Source: Lepidodermella squamata (taxonomy: Eukaryota > Animalia > Gastrotricha). From it: a stretch of DNA of 64,000 bases. The stretch's first letter is position 1. Each line of letters opens with the position of its first letter. The notes under the pieces were generated by a model. That model ran no database searches. It saw only the letters and a program-made list of their open reading frames with translations, and was not told where the DNA came from. This document shows, in pieces, positions 12,007 to 24,435 of the stretch. The stretch is taken from NCBI GenBank assembly GCA_047495785.1, contig JBLDXI010000007.1, forward strand, positions 2,914,001 to 2,978,000, written 5' to 3'. Made by a program: the position numbers and the translations under genes.

Positions 12007-12567
12007 ATGACCAAGCTAGCTTTTTCCTTCCTTCTCATTTCGGGCGTATGTCTGCTCGAAAACTTGGTCTCGGCTACCAGGGAGGACGATTTTGTCGCGG
12101 CTGCTTACAAAAATGACACAGATACTGTTTCAAGAATGCTCAAACAAGGCATCAATGTCGAAGGTCGTTCAAAGGATGGCGAAACTGCGCTGCACGCCGC
12201 TGCCGCTGCGGGTAATGTTGAAATAATGGCAATGCTTATCGAAAAGGGCGCGAATATCGAGTCACGTGACCTTGAAATGTCGACCCCACTTCACAACGCC
12301 GCGTTCATGGGCCGCAATGACGCCGTTGCCCTTCTCCTAGATAAAAAGGCTAAAATTGAAGTTGCCGATAAAGAAGAATCCACCCCACTCATGAATGCGG
12401 CTTTCGCGGGGATGAAGGACACTGTTGCGTTGCTGGTTGCCCGTGGAGCCAATATTGAGGCTAAGGATAAAGAGGGATCGACGGCTCTAGCAGCAGCCTA
12501 CTACGCGAATTACATGAATGTAGTCAACTTCCTGATATCCAAAGGAGCGAAGGTTCCGAGCAGTTAA
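12007..12567 (+). CDS. Signal-peptide + 5 ankyrin repeat protein, copy 2 (186 aa)
   Basis: ATG at 12007 gives MTKLAFSFLLISGVCLLENLVSA. It is colinear with copy 1, and the upstream flank is also duplicated. Confidence 0.92.
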   Translation: MTKLAFSFLLISGVCLLENLVSATREDDFVAAAYKNDTDTVSRMLKQGINVEGRSKDGETALHAAAAAGNVEIMAMLIEKGANIESRDLEMSTPLHNAAFMGRNDAVALLLDKKAKIEVADKEESTPLMNAAFAGMKDTVALLVARGANIEAKDKEGSTALAAAYYANYMNVVNFLISKGAKVPSS

Positions 12568-14529
12568 CAGTGACACAGAGCATGGACAGCTTGAGTTGAC
12601 TTTGTCATGCCATATCTTGAAACATTGAACCTTGAAACTATAACTGACTACTATTAAATTCCTTATTTCTGACCAATGCTGATGTTGTTGTGGTGTTAGA
12701 TGCAGAACTTGACTGGATTTTGGCAATTTTCTAAAGTATTTGTTTACCGATCGACCTTATGTTTAAGAATTGTTCTGAATTTACAGTAGCCGATACAAAT
12801 TCGGCAACGCTAAGGTGAATCGAAGGCCATTAGAGCAATGCTTGATTTTTCAGAAATTTGTAAGCAGTGCAACTCGAATTGTGGATTCTCATTTTTCGGC
12901 CTGAGAATGAGATCGGGATGGATACGTAACCCGTTCACGCAACTCCGCACTATAACCGCGCATGTTGAATACGCCGCCTTAAAAAAAAGAAAGCACCTTT
13001 TTTAACTATTCACTTTTGGGCGACAGATTTTGCTTATCCGATTTCCTAAGCTCTCTCCGTTAAAAAAAATAGATATCCGATTATTTATTTTTGCAGGAAT
13101 TTCAGGTAACAAAAAATGGGCGGTAATTTTTTACGACATTAAATAGAGACTGCGTCCGAATGACTTTTGCCTGAATTTGTTTCAACGAAATTTCAATATA
13201 CCTCCGCCAAGCCGAGCAAAACGCATGTTGATCGATAATTTTAAGAAATTCAATTAATTCAGTGATTTCGTGAAAATTTTCCTTTTCGTGGGTTTCATGC
13301 CATTAAAAAAATTTCAATACTCCGTCGAGAATAATAATTAGCGCCATTCTTGTAAATTCACTTGATGTAAACTGTATGCTAGTCTCCTGGCTGTGAACAC
13401 GGCCGCGCGATCGCGATCTCGTCGCGGTTTCTCGCTGCATCACTCGTCACGCACCGTAACCTGCTGTGTAACCGGCTACCGACTTAATTACCAACTCCAA
13501 GCGGAAATGGTGCACTTGAGACTATGTGAAATGGTTGAAGCCGCTCACTTATAAACATTAGTCTCAAGACATTAGTGCCGCCCGTAATGATTTTGCCAGG
13601 CCGCGCATTCTTAATAATATTGCGCGCACTCGAATGCTACTAAAGAGCAAGAGAAAGAGCCGGCGAAATTTTCAACGTATTTCGACTTTCGACTGCGCGC
13701 ATCAACATCAAGAGCCCTTTCAAGATTTCTTGGAGGATTTCATGTATCAAATTATAAATAATAAACATAATGATATATGCTATTGAATAAATCGCCGGTA
13801 TTTTCGCTGCTTTTCATGCGCATGACAGTTTGAGGAACTCGCGCTAAATTCTAACCGGTAAAACTCTATTTCTTATATTTCTTTTTCCGACTCTTTGATT
13901 ATCTAGTCCCATTTTTCATCTTCGGTCGGAAAATTTGGAAACAATTTTTCAGCATATAACCTATCGATTTTGTTCATTTCGAAGAAATATTTTAAATGGG
14001 TGTGAATTTTTTCATTCGACAACCGAAAATGTGACTAAAATCGTCCGACATGAAAATATCGATTTTCTCGATTTTTCCGTGAGGACGTGCTCTTTTTAAG
14101 CACCTAATGTTGGCACCCTGAACCGGAATAATTTTATGGTGAAAGAGTTATGGCGATCTGAGTAGTCATTTTTTACTATATTTTTTTAAATATCAAAGGA
14201 AAGTCGGCAGGTTTTAGTCGGATAAAAAAAGATTTGGTCGGATGACAAAAGTACGACTGAGTTGATTAATTAATTAATCTAATTAAACTAATTGATGCCG
14301 ATATGACCTTAATTTTGCCTTAATCACCTGAGCAATTTTTTTATTTTTTTTTCGATATAATTAGCCTAAAGAGCTGCGAAATGAGTTGAACATTTATTTT
14401 AATAATTTTCCAAAAAATTTAAATTGGAAGAAGGCCATTCATCTTCCCCCTTAACATGAAAAAAATTAGGAAGATATTTGCAAACCATAATTGTGGAATT
14501 TGCTTTTTTTAGAAAATTAGTACTTTTAA

Positions 14530-15726
14530 ATGGCTGATATAATATCTGACACGGCAATATCCGCAACGATTTCACTGTGGCTGAAAGCCGGCCATTCGAC
14601 CGCGGAGCTTCACGCGATTCTCGAGCGATTCGCGAAACAAGGCGAGGCGGCTAAAATCGCAACGATCCTGGAATCAACGTACCAAATTCTCGACCTGGAA
14701 GTTGGATTATCTGTCCTGCGAAATTTCCGCTATAATGAGCACAATTTTCCGGATATCGTGAGAATCATCCAAAACGGCTGGCTGCCGGTCGATTACCCGA
14801 CCGGTCGCCGCGGCACCTCGCCGTTAATTCACATCCTGAATACCATAACTGACTATGACTACGGAGCGGGATTCAAATTTAAGATGGCTGCGTTGTTGAT
14901 CAAAAATGGAGCTAATTTGCTGGCACAAGGTCGTCTCTACGGCACCTTTTTCCGACGCGACGAATCGGACGACGTGGCAGCGTACGTCAATAAGAGTTAC
15001 GGTTGTAGTTTCCCAATTTATTACCCGATTCATTTCCTGGCGAAATTTTGGGAGTTCGGCTACGATTTAGCTAGCCTCATGATTTCATCCACACCGCCCG
15101 AGTGTTTATTGATCGATTTCGAAAAAGGATCGATTTTCTCACCGCTCTGGTTTGCATTTCAAGAACTTTCAACATTTCGCTACCAGCAATTCAGCAAGCA
15201 GAGTCCGCAAGGCCGAATTCGACTCGGCGAGAATGTTGCCTATGCAAAAATGGTCCAATGCGTTATTTTGCCTCTGTTGCGAGCCGGCTGTACCTTTTAC
15301 CCCGACCCGTTAATCGACATTATTATCGCGAATTTTTTCTCCTTTTTCCCGTTTTCGAAGCAAATTTGCGCTCGTATTTGGGATCGCGAGTCGATTTGCC
15401 TTGAGTTGTTGATTGAAGCGAGGCGGAAATCTGGCTTAACTGCTGTTGCCAAAATCACCGAAAACGTTCCCGCGTTTAATAAGGGATGCAACGACGGTTT
15501 TGTGGCGGACATCCGCGCCATGTACCCTCTGCGGCTTCAAAACATCGCGAGGATGGCTATTTTGGCCCAGCTACCTATCGGCCTGACGCAGCGGCAAGAA
15601 TCGATTCGGGAACTGGGTCTGCCGGATGATTTGACGAGCTTTTTGAATTTCGATGAATTCAACGTTCCCACACAGCGGCTGGTGAGGATGACCTGCAGAG
15701 ATGTGGATAACTTTATTTTCCGCTGA
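14530..15726 (+). CDS. SOCS-box protein, subfamily A (A1), with degenerate ankyrin-like repeats (ASB-like)
   Basis: C-terminal PLRLQNIARMAILAQLP...IRELGLPDDLTSFLNF is a BC-box plus Cul5-box. SPLIH..ALLIKNGANL is ankyrin-like. Confidence 0.85.
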   Translation: MADIISDTAISATISLWLKAGHSTAELHAILERFAKQGEAAKIATILESTYQILDLEVGLSVLRNFRYNEHNFPDIVRIIQNGWLPVDYPTGRRGTSPLIHILNTITDYDYGAGFKFKMAALLIKNGANLLAQGRLYGTFFRRDESDDVAAYVNKSYGCSFPIYYPIHFLAKFWEFGYDLASLMISSTPPECLLIDFEKGSIFSPLWFAFQELSTFRYQQFSKQSPQGRIRLGENVAYAKMVQCVILPLLRAGCTFYPDPLIDIIIANFFSFFPFSKQICARIWDRESICLELLIEARRKSGLTAVAKITENVPAFNKGCNDGFVADIRAMYPLRLQNIARMAILAQLPIGLTQRQESIRELGLPDDLTSFLNFDEFNVPTQRLVRMTCRDVDNFIFR

Positions 15727-17291
15727 AATCAATGGGAGCTTCGACATTGTCGACGAGGACATTTTCATCGTGGTTTATTCTATCTGCTTTATCTGTGCTT
15801 TATTTAGCTTTGTTCTGCTTTATTCTATCTTCTTTTAGCATTATTTTTTTTTAACAAAAAATGGTGAATAGATAATAAAAATATTGCGGCGGCGTTTGTT
15901 GTTTATGTAACATCAATATCACTAGCCTTCATTTTACTTGATTAATAAAACGCTTTTTAAGCCATTTTTAGACGGAATTTATTCGATTTTGCGTTTTGCG
16001 ATAGATGTTGTGCGGTCAGTTCACTGCTAAATTTTGGACTCGAAGAACAACAACCAAAATAGCTTCCAGCGGAGCCAAATTTGTATTTTGCTGAACCGAT
16101 GTCGAAATATGCGAAGATTCTTTTTGTGAATAATTTTACGAGCGAACTTGTAGGGAATGTTAAGCTGAATTTACTGGTGGTTATTTTTGAATTCTTGTTG
16201 TCAATGCTGACCCGCAAGAAATATCCGAAAGGTGATTTCAGGCCACTAGAAAATTCTGAAATTTTGTTCCGCTAAAAGGACGACCCATTTACAACCAGTC
16301 AGAACTTGGTGGAAAGTTGATCATTCAGGGTGGGTAATTTTGAAGTCGTTTCCCGTTTCCAAAAATTTTCAAATTTTCCAAGTTCCAAGCTTCGCAATTT
16401 TAGAGGAACAAATTTTCTATCGAAAATTTTGATTTTGGGTTTTAAAGCGTAATTTGATTTTTTTAATATCCCGAATACTACTGAGAATTACGAAGTTTTC
16501 TAGTACTATTTGCGACCGAGCAAACAGACTCGCTCCAATCGCCCCGTCGTCGACCGGAACATCGAAGACTCACAATTAAAATTTATATTGAAATTTTATG
16601 AAATAGACGTTCGACCCGGCCAACAAATTTTCGCCCGATATTCTAAACGTTAAAATTAGTGAGTTTCACATCAAATTATCATACTAGATAAAATCTTCTA
16701 TTGCATAAATTATAACTACCTGATATCTAGTTGAATAAGTTTAGCAACATTTTGAGCCCATTTGGCCCCTTGAAAGTTGCACTGTGCTGGCGGCCACGGG
16801 CCGCTAACTTATATGATAATATATTATGACATTTTTATTACATTTATTTATTTTACATTTTTTATGACATTTTTGTGACATTTACGGCCGCATGCATACG
16901 TATTAATAATTGTAAATTCTTAGCTTGAACTCGATTATAAAATTTGTATGAAGGTCCTTTTGATTATTGAGCCCCATATTTCGTCGTCAGAAGCATATTC
17001 GGAAGCAATGTTTCAACATAATTTATTGTACTGTCAAATTATTCAATTCAATTTTTGAAGAAATTTATTTGAATTATTTGAATTTTATTTATTTTATTTA
17101 TTTGAATTATGAAGAAATTTATTGCGACTCGACCCGAATTTTATTTGATCCCCTTCGCAATTTGAAAAAAAATCCGATATTATTTGCATCAAGAGCTGTA
17201 AAACAGCTTTAATCAGACGAAATATTCCATTTCCATCGCAAAACGAAATCATGGGATCTATGTGGTTTTGTTTAGATTTTCCTTTATTTTA

Positions 17292-18482
17292 ATGTCTGTC
17301 ATTTCTGACACGACAATATCCGCAGCGATTTCCGCATCGCTGAAAGCCGGCCATTCGACCGCGGAACTTCACGCGATTCTCGAGCAATACGCGAAGCAAG
17401 GCGAAGCGGCTAAAATCGCAACGATCCTGGAATTAACGTACCAAATTCTCGACCTGGAAGTTGGATTATCTGTCCTGCGAAATTTCCGCTATAATGAGCA
17501 CAATTTTCCGGATATCGTGAGAATCATCCGGAATGGCTGGCTACCGGTCGATTATCCGACCAATCGCTGCGGTATCTCACCGTTACTCCACATGCTGAAC
17601 TCCATCGCTGAAGTTGATCATGGAACGGGCATCAAATTTAAGGTGGCTGCGTTGCTGATCAAAAATGGAGCTAATTTGCTGGCAGAAGTTTCACTCCCCT
17701 CCGCCATGTTTCTACCTGACGAAGTGAGAAAAATGAAGCCGTACGTCCAGGATTGGTTGACGCTGGACCGTTCAATCTATTATCCGATTCATTTCCTGCC
17801 AAAGTATTGGGAATTCGGCCACGATATAGCTAGCCTCATGGTTTCATTCACCCCAACCGAGTGTTTTCTGGTCGATTTCAATAAGGGAATCATTTTCTCC
17901 CCGCTCTGGTTTGCATTTCTAGAATTTGCGAAATTTCGCTTCAAGCAATTCAGCCACCTGAGTCCGAGAGGTCGTGTTCGACTCGGCGAGAATGTTGCCT
18001 ATGCTAAAATGGTGCAATATGGCTTTGTACCTCTGTTACGAGCTGGCTGCCCTTTGCACCCCGACCCGCTAGTCGACGTGATGATGGTGGATATGTTGAT
18101 GTTTTTGCCGGTTGCTAAGGAAATCTGCGCTCGTGTTTGGGATCGGCAGTCAATTTTTCTCGAGTTGCTGATTATAGCCAGGCGCAAATCTGGCGTCAGC
18201 GTTGCCGAAATTCCTGTGAATATACACGCAAGTCTTACGAGATATCGCGACTGTTTTGTGGCAGACATCCGCGCCATGTACCCTCTGCGTCTTCAAAACA
18301 TCGCGAGGATGGCGGTTTTGGACCAGCTACCGATCGGCCTGACGCAGCGGCAAGAATCGATTCGAAGACTAGATCTTCCGGATAGTTTGACGAGCTTTTT
18401 GAATTTCGATGAATTCAACGTTCCCACGCAACGGCTGGTGAGAATGACCCGCAGAGATGTCGACAACTTTATCTTCCGCTGA
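17292..18482 (+). CDS. SOCS-box protein A2
   Basis: Paralog of A1. The ATG at 17292 aligns with the A1 start. Confidence 0.85.
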   Translation: MSVISDTTISAAISASLKAGHSTAELHAILEQYAKQGEAAKIATILELTYQILDLEVGLSVLRNFRYNEHNFPDIVRIIRNGWLPVDYPTNRCGISPLLHMLNSIAEVDHGTGIKFKVAALLIKNGANLLAEVSLPSAMFLPDEVRKMKPYVQDWLTLDRSIYYPIHFLPKYWEFGHDIASLMVSFTPTECFLVDFNKGIIFSPLWFAFLEFAKFRFKQFSHLSPRGRVRLGENVAYAKMVQYGFVPLLRAGCPLHPDPLVDVMMVDMLMFLPVAKEICARVWDRQSIFLELLIIARRKSGVSVAEIPVNIHASLTRYRDCFVADIRAMYPLRLQNIARMAVLDQLPIGLTQRQESIRRLDLPDSLTSFLNFDEFNVPTQRLVRMTRRDVDNFIFR

Positions 18483-19924
18483 AATTCGGTATGATAGCTC
18501 TGTGAATGAAATGTTCTTCGCAGAAAAATTATGTATCTCTTCGTTCTTGTTTTATCAACATTTTTTATTTTTTTACGTTTAGCTTTTAGCTTATTATAGG
18601 CATTTCGGATGAAATATCAATCTAACCGGTCTTCATTTTATTCCATGAATTTTGTAATAAAACGGTTTTGAGCCATTTTTTTGGTTTGGCGTTTTGTGAT
18701 GTTCTGCGATCAGTCAGCCGCTAACTTTCGGACTTATTTAGGTATTTATTCAACGAGCATGATATCCAAGAACTCTGCACAGAGTAGTCAGAGTGCCGTG
18801 ATAGTTTCTGTTCCGTTCAGGTTTCAGGTTCAGCGCGTGATGATGAAGATAAACAATCATAGTCTGAACTTGGCAGAGATCTTTGGAAAAATAAATTTGA
18901 TCTGAGCAAATTTCTTTAACTCGCTTTTCTAACGAGTCATTTTTACATATAATTAAATAATAATTTTCGCATAACTTGAATTGATCGAATTTATTTTTTA
19001 ATTGAAAACAAAGATTTCCGAAACGAAGTGATGCAAACTATTTTTTTTAGTGAAATCTTTCTTACCTAATATCACATCTATCGGGCGACATTTTTTCATC
19101 AACAATTAAGCAATTAAGCTCTCAGTAATCAGAAAACGGTTGGGTTTCACAGGAATTTCAGGTAAAAATTTCGGCTATTTTTATTGATTTCTTCCAAAAA
19201 ATCCGCAATAAGATCCGCAATTTTTTTTTGAATTTTGAAATTCGCTGACTACTGAAAACTCACAATGCTACCAGAAGGTAGAATTTTCTCCGTTCAAAAT
19301 CCGTTCAAAATTTAGCACGCGCGGGAGTCTTACTTAATTCCATTTTGTAAGCATGATGCCATTTTTTATGAAAATTCAAAAATCGTCAAAAATCAGGTGA
19401 AATTCGTCAAATCGCCAAAATTTGAGATAAATCGGAAATAACCTACACCCTTTGTATGACTCAGTAAAAAATTACAAAATTTCGGTTCAAATTATTTCAA
19501 CTATCAATTTTGCGGTCCATTTAATGTTTATCAACGTTCTCACATCTAACAAATCCTAATACTTTTTAGGGGGTTAATACCTGACAATATTTTTTAGCCC
19601 ATTTGGTCCCCTGAAAATTGCAGCGAACCGGCGGACCGCTGACTTTTATGGCATTTAACAGCACTTACGACCGCATACCTGCGAATAATTCTAAATTCTG
19701 ACCTTGAGCCTTGAACTCTATTATATTTCTGTGACGGCATCTTCGATTATTGAGTCTCATTTTTCATCTTCGGCCTTGGAAATTCGAATGCAATTTTTCA
19801 AAATATAATCTATGGGACGATCGAATTTTTTTTCGTTTCAGCTACTTATTTTTGAAGGGTCTTACTTTTAGTGGAACCGTATTTTGGAATTATTTATGGG
19901 CCTAAAATCACTATAGAATTCATA

Positions 19925-21044
19925 CAGTGTGTCCGTCAAATAATATGAGGTTATTTATAGTCCAAAAGCAACAGCAAGCGTGGCGCGTGCCAGATCTGGC
20001 GTCTCATTTTTTTCATGAGATGCAAAAAATAATACGTCAATGAAATCGAAAGCTTTATTTACTACTGCTAGTTAAAATTTGTATGCATCAGCTAGTGTTG
20101 ATGATTAAACTTTCTTCGTCTTAATTCTTTCAGGTGATAGAGAAGGTGATGTTCTGACCATCAGGAATGCTAATATTTTCCTCTTAACAAGCCGCGCCTT
20201 TAAAAATTATCTTAATTATCAGGTTCATCTCCGTCATCACCATCTTCTCCCTGAGCCGTTTCAGTTTTTTGTTTTGCAAGGGCCATTTTGAATTCGGCCA
20301 TGGCCAGTTTTACAAACCGCTTTTTTGGAATCGGGTTTCCCCTTTTTCGCTTACATCGACTTGCCCATCGACTTGGGTCTTCAACAGCCGCGGGACATTT
20401 TCTAAATTTTTTCGTAATCTTACATGTCTAATTTAATAACTGCCGTTGAAGCATAAAATGCAACAAAAGCAACAAATGCAACAAATGCAATGAAAGCAAC
20501 TAAAGCAGTTTCCATTACGACCTGGTAATCTGTTTGAAATAAGTTCCGCGTTTTGAAATAAAGGGGTAATGTCGCTTTCGCCAATTTGTGTAGCATCCGG
20601 GGCGCTATCGGCTAACCGTTATATACGTGAATTTCACATACCCGCAAGAATACGTCCAATGGCTAGTACAAACAGTTTTAACTGAATTGGATAAGAAAAT
20701 TTGCTATTTAAATGGTTATATTTTTTCCAGATATTAGGTTGACATTGTTGCGCGTTTGATCTTATTGCATGAATATTCAGGGCAACTCGTTGTCCCCAAA
20801 ACTTTAGCAATGTACAAAGCTTGCAGGTGAAAATCCCGAAGCTAATGCTTTCGTTCCGAAGAATGTTCTTTATCTTGATTAAATAATACAAATTTTGGCG
20901 GAGCAATAATTGATAGTTTTCCAGCAATGAACAACAATAGCTGTACTATCATTCAGTGCTGCGTTTTTTTTGCCTCGTGCACGACTCGTGAACAGGCGCA
21001 ATTAAAATGTTATATATAGGCTCATATTATTTGACGGACACACT
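19925..21044. mobile_element. Tc1/mariner-type MITE
   Basis: TA|CAGTGTGTCCGTCAAATAATATGAG versus CTCATATTATTTGACGGACACACT (24-bp TIR; right tip damaged). Confidence 0.8.
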
Positions 21045-21142
21045 ACTGCCTGAATTTCGTAAAAATATTCGAAAGCGACCTTTGGGTTTTATCTTGATTT
21101 GGTTCCGCTGTAAGATAATCTGCTTATTTAATTATGACTTAA

Positions 21143-21275
21143 CCCTTTCACGGCGGAAAGGACGAATTCGGAATTTCAACTTACGTAATTCACAGTTCAA
21201 TCAATTCATCAATTCAACGATTTTTTCTATCCCAATTGGCAGAATACTACTTTCGGATGTTGCCTACAAGAATCT
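21143..21275 (+). mobile_element. Truncated piggyBac MITE of the 43787/63086 family
   Basis: TTAA|CCCTTTCACGGCGGAAAGGACGAATTCGGAA matches the family terminus. No right end was seen. Confidence 0.65.
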
Positions 21276-21747
21276 GAAACTCAAATTTTATTATCACTTC
21301 CCTTCTCGGAATACGATTATTTTTAACATTTCAAACCGATGCACGTTTTCTTATTTTTTTTCAATCGAGTAAAACAATGTCTTGGGTATTTCTCCTATCT
21401 GACTATCTGACTTCACAGGCGTGCCCGGCAGGGTCCAATTGACTACCCATTTCGTTCTTTTTAAATTCCTTGGAAAACTGACAGCACAATAGCTAGGCTG
21501 GCGATGAATTCATCCGGAAGAATCTATTTTTGAAAAAATAACTGGATTGAAAATTTTAGTGAAATTGGAAACCCATGTGAAATATGCGCATCAGTCCCGC
21601 ATAGCATACGGTTGCCGATTTTCCGATTCCTTTCTTAATTTCTTAATTTGCGGATTTGCGGATTCATGTTTTCCACAATGCGAAATTTAAAATTTGCTAA
21701 CAATAATCCTGGTATCTGTGTTTTTTTCAAGATTTTTAGTATTTTTA

Positions 21748-22935
21748 ATGGCTGATGTATCTGACACGGCAATATCCGCAGCGATTTCCGCGTCGCTAAA
21801 ATCCGGCCATTCGACCGCGGAGCTTCACGCGATTCTCGAGCGATGCGCAAAGCAAGGCGAGACGGCTACAATTTTGAAAATCCTTGAGTCAACTTACCTA
21901 ATTCTCGACCTGGAAGCTGGCATCTCTGTACTGCGAAATTTTCGCTACACCGAACAAACTTACCCGGCACTCGTGAGAATCATCCAAAATTTCTGGCTGC
22001 CGCTCGATTATCCGACCAATCGCGGCGGCATCTCACCGTTAATTCACATTCTAAACTCTATCACTGACGGCGACAATGGAACGGGAATCAAATGCAAGGT
22101 CATGGCGTTACTGATCAAAAATGGAGCTAATTTGCTGGCTCAAGGTCGTCTCCCCGTCGACTGGTTTCGACGTGATGATTTGGAGAAAGTTGTCGCGTAC
22201 GTCAAGAGTTGTAGTGGCAGTCTCCCAATGTATTACCCGATTCATTTTCTGGCGAAATGTTGGGATTTTGGTCAGGATTTAGCTAGCCTCATGGTTTCAT
22301 ACAGCCCGCCCGAGTGTTTTATGGTCGATTTCGAAAAAGGATCGATTTTCTCCCCGCTCTGGTTTGCATTTCAAGAGCTTTCAACTTTTCGCTACCAGCG
22401 ATTCAGCGAGCAGAGTCCACTAGGCCGAATTCGACTCGGCGAGAATGTTGCCTATGCAAAAATGGTCCAATGCGTTATTTTGCCTCTGCTGCGAGCCGGT
22501 TGTACCTTTCACCCTGATCCGTTGCACGATGTGATTATGACGGATTTTTTCTCATTCTTCTCGTTTTCGAAGCAAATTTGCGCTCGTATTTGGGATCGCG
22601 AGTCGATTTGCCTTGAGCTGTTGATTGAAGCCAGGCGAAAAACTAGCTTAAGCGTTGCCAAAATCACCGAAAACATGCCCGTGTTTTTTAAGAAAAGCAG
22701 CGGCTGTTTTGTGGCAGAAATCAGCGCCATGTACCCTCTGCGTCTTCAAAACATCGCGAGGATGGCTGTTTTGGACCAGCTACCGATCGGCCTGACGCAG
22801 CGGCAAGAATCGATTCGAAGACTGGATCTTCCGGATAGTTTGACGAGCTTTTTGAATTTCGATGAATTCAACGTTCCCACGCAACGTCTGGTGAGGATGA
22901 CCCGCAGAGATGTCGATAACTTCATCTTCCGCTGA
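21748..22935 (+). CDS. SOCS-box protein A3
   Basis: Paralog of A1/A2. ATG at 21748; intact ORF with a SOCS box. Confidence 0.85.
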   Translation: MADVSDTAISAAISASLKSGHSTAELHAILERCAKQGETATILKILESTYLILDLEAGISVLRNFRYTEQTYPALVRIIQNFWLPLDYPTNRGGISPLIHILNSITDGDNGTGIKCKVMALLIKNGANLLAQGRLPVDWFRRDDLEKVVAYVKSCSGSLPMYYPIHFLAKCWDFGQDLASLMVSYSPPECFMVDFEKGSIFSPLWFAFQELSTFRYQRFSEQSPLGRIRLGENVAYAKMVQCVILPLLRAGCTFHPDPLHDVIMTDFFSFFSFSKQICARIWDRESICLELLIEARRKTSLSVAKITENMPVFFKKSSGCFVAEISAMYPLRLQNIARMAVLDQLPIGLTQRQESIRRLDLPDSLTSFLNFDEFNVPTQRLVRMTRRDVDNFIFR

Positions 22936-24339
22936 AAATCGGTTAATGCTCCGTGTGAATGACGCATTTTCATCGTACAAAAATTATCATTTTGTGTTGC
23001 TTTATTTATCTTCTATTATCAAAATTTTAGTAAAATGCAAACCTGTTTAAAGATTTTTTAATATTGCGCCTGCGTTTTTTGTTATATAGGTATTTCGGAT
23101 GTAACGTCATCACCACGAGCCTTCATTTTACTCAATTATAATTCCGTAATAAAACGCTTTGATAGCAATTTTGGATGCGGGTCTTTTCGATTTTGAGTTT
23201 TGTGACTTGTACAATCAGTTTGCTGCTACCTTTTGTACTTAGCGAGTGATCACGAAGATTTTAAACTTGGCAAAACTTGAGCATATTTAGGGTGGCTAAT
23301 TTTCCAAAAAAAAAAGTTTCCAAGTTCCAAGGCTTCGCGATTTTAGAGCACATTTGCTATCGAAAATGCAGATTTTGGGTTATGAGCTTAGTTTGATTTT
23401 TTCAACATATCTCGTGTCTACGAATTTTTCTGGAAGAGTAAGCTCTTCGCGGCCAAGCTGACAGACTTGCCCCAATCACTCGCCGTAGACGGGCAGATCG
23501 AGGACAGAAAATACGTTGAAACCCCGGTTTTGCGCCCTCGGGTATTCCGCATTCCGCAATTTTACGCCATGTTTTTTTGCGGCTTCGCGCAGCAATAATA
23601 CGCCAAAATACCTCGAATTCAAGGCCAAACCCGGATTTTTAGCGTATGAGCAATGGGCGTAGAATCGAGGTTTCACTGTAAAAAATTGAACTGCTTACTC
23701 GAAGACTGCTGAAGATGACCCGCGGCGATGTTGGCAACTTCGAATTTCGCTGAAATTTTGTTGCAGTTCCTCGTCGAAAAATAGCTTTTGCTTTTTGCGT
23801 AATAATTCCATCGTCAATTTTACCTATTTTTGAAAATTTTGCGCCTGATGTCTAATTTCTCATGTATTTCTTATATTTTACCATTAATCCATAATAATTA
23901 TTATTATCGAATTCAATCAATCGTTTGCCATCATTCAAATACGTCGATTCCTAATAAAACGTTGTTTTTTATATTTTTAGGTGGATTTAGTTTTGAAATT
24001 TTGCCGATTTTGCCGATTGATATTCTTGGCTCGCTGATTTTTGACACTTTATACGCCGGGAGTAAAGAATTGGTGCCGATTTTGGCTTTATTTTACAGCT
24101 TTCATTATGACAATATTTTCGTTTCAGCGAGTGGTCTTAAACTCTAATATACCAGTTGACTCTGATTCTGATTGTTTTGCAGCTATTTAACGATCGACGA
24201 ATACTTCGTAATTTAACTCTCTTAAGCTTTCCATCAGTATTTGCTCATTTCTGATAATTGATCCCAAGCGGAGAGATTTGTTAATTTGAAGGCAAGTGTG
24301 AATGGCGGACGTAATTATCGCGCAGGTGCCAAATGCGCT

Positions 24340-24435
24340 CGTAGTGCTCACCTGAGAGGCTACTTGAACGCACCTGGTTACACGCACTTGTGTTCGAATC
24401 GCGTGACGCGCATCTCGCGTGACGCGCATCTCGCT
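24340..24435 (+). promoter_or_regulatory. Candidate promoter element upstream of C1
   Basis: CpG-rich patch with a 16-bp tandem TCGCGTGACGCGCATC x2 and CACCTG boxes. The same motif occurs about 1.5 kb upstream of C2 (49703) and in the duplicate (60033). Confidence 0.4.
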
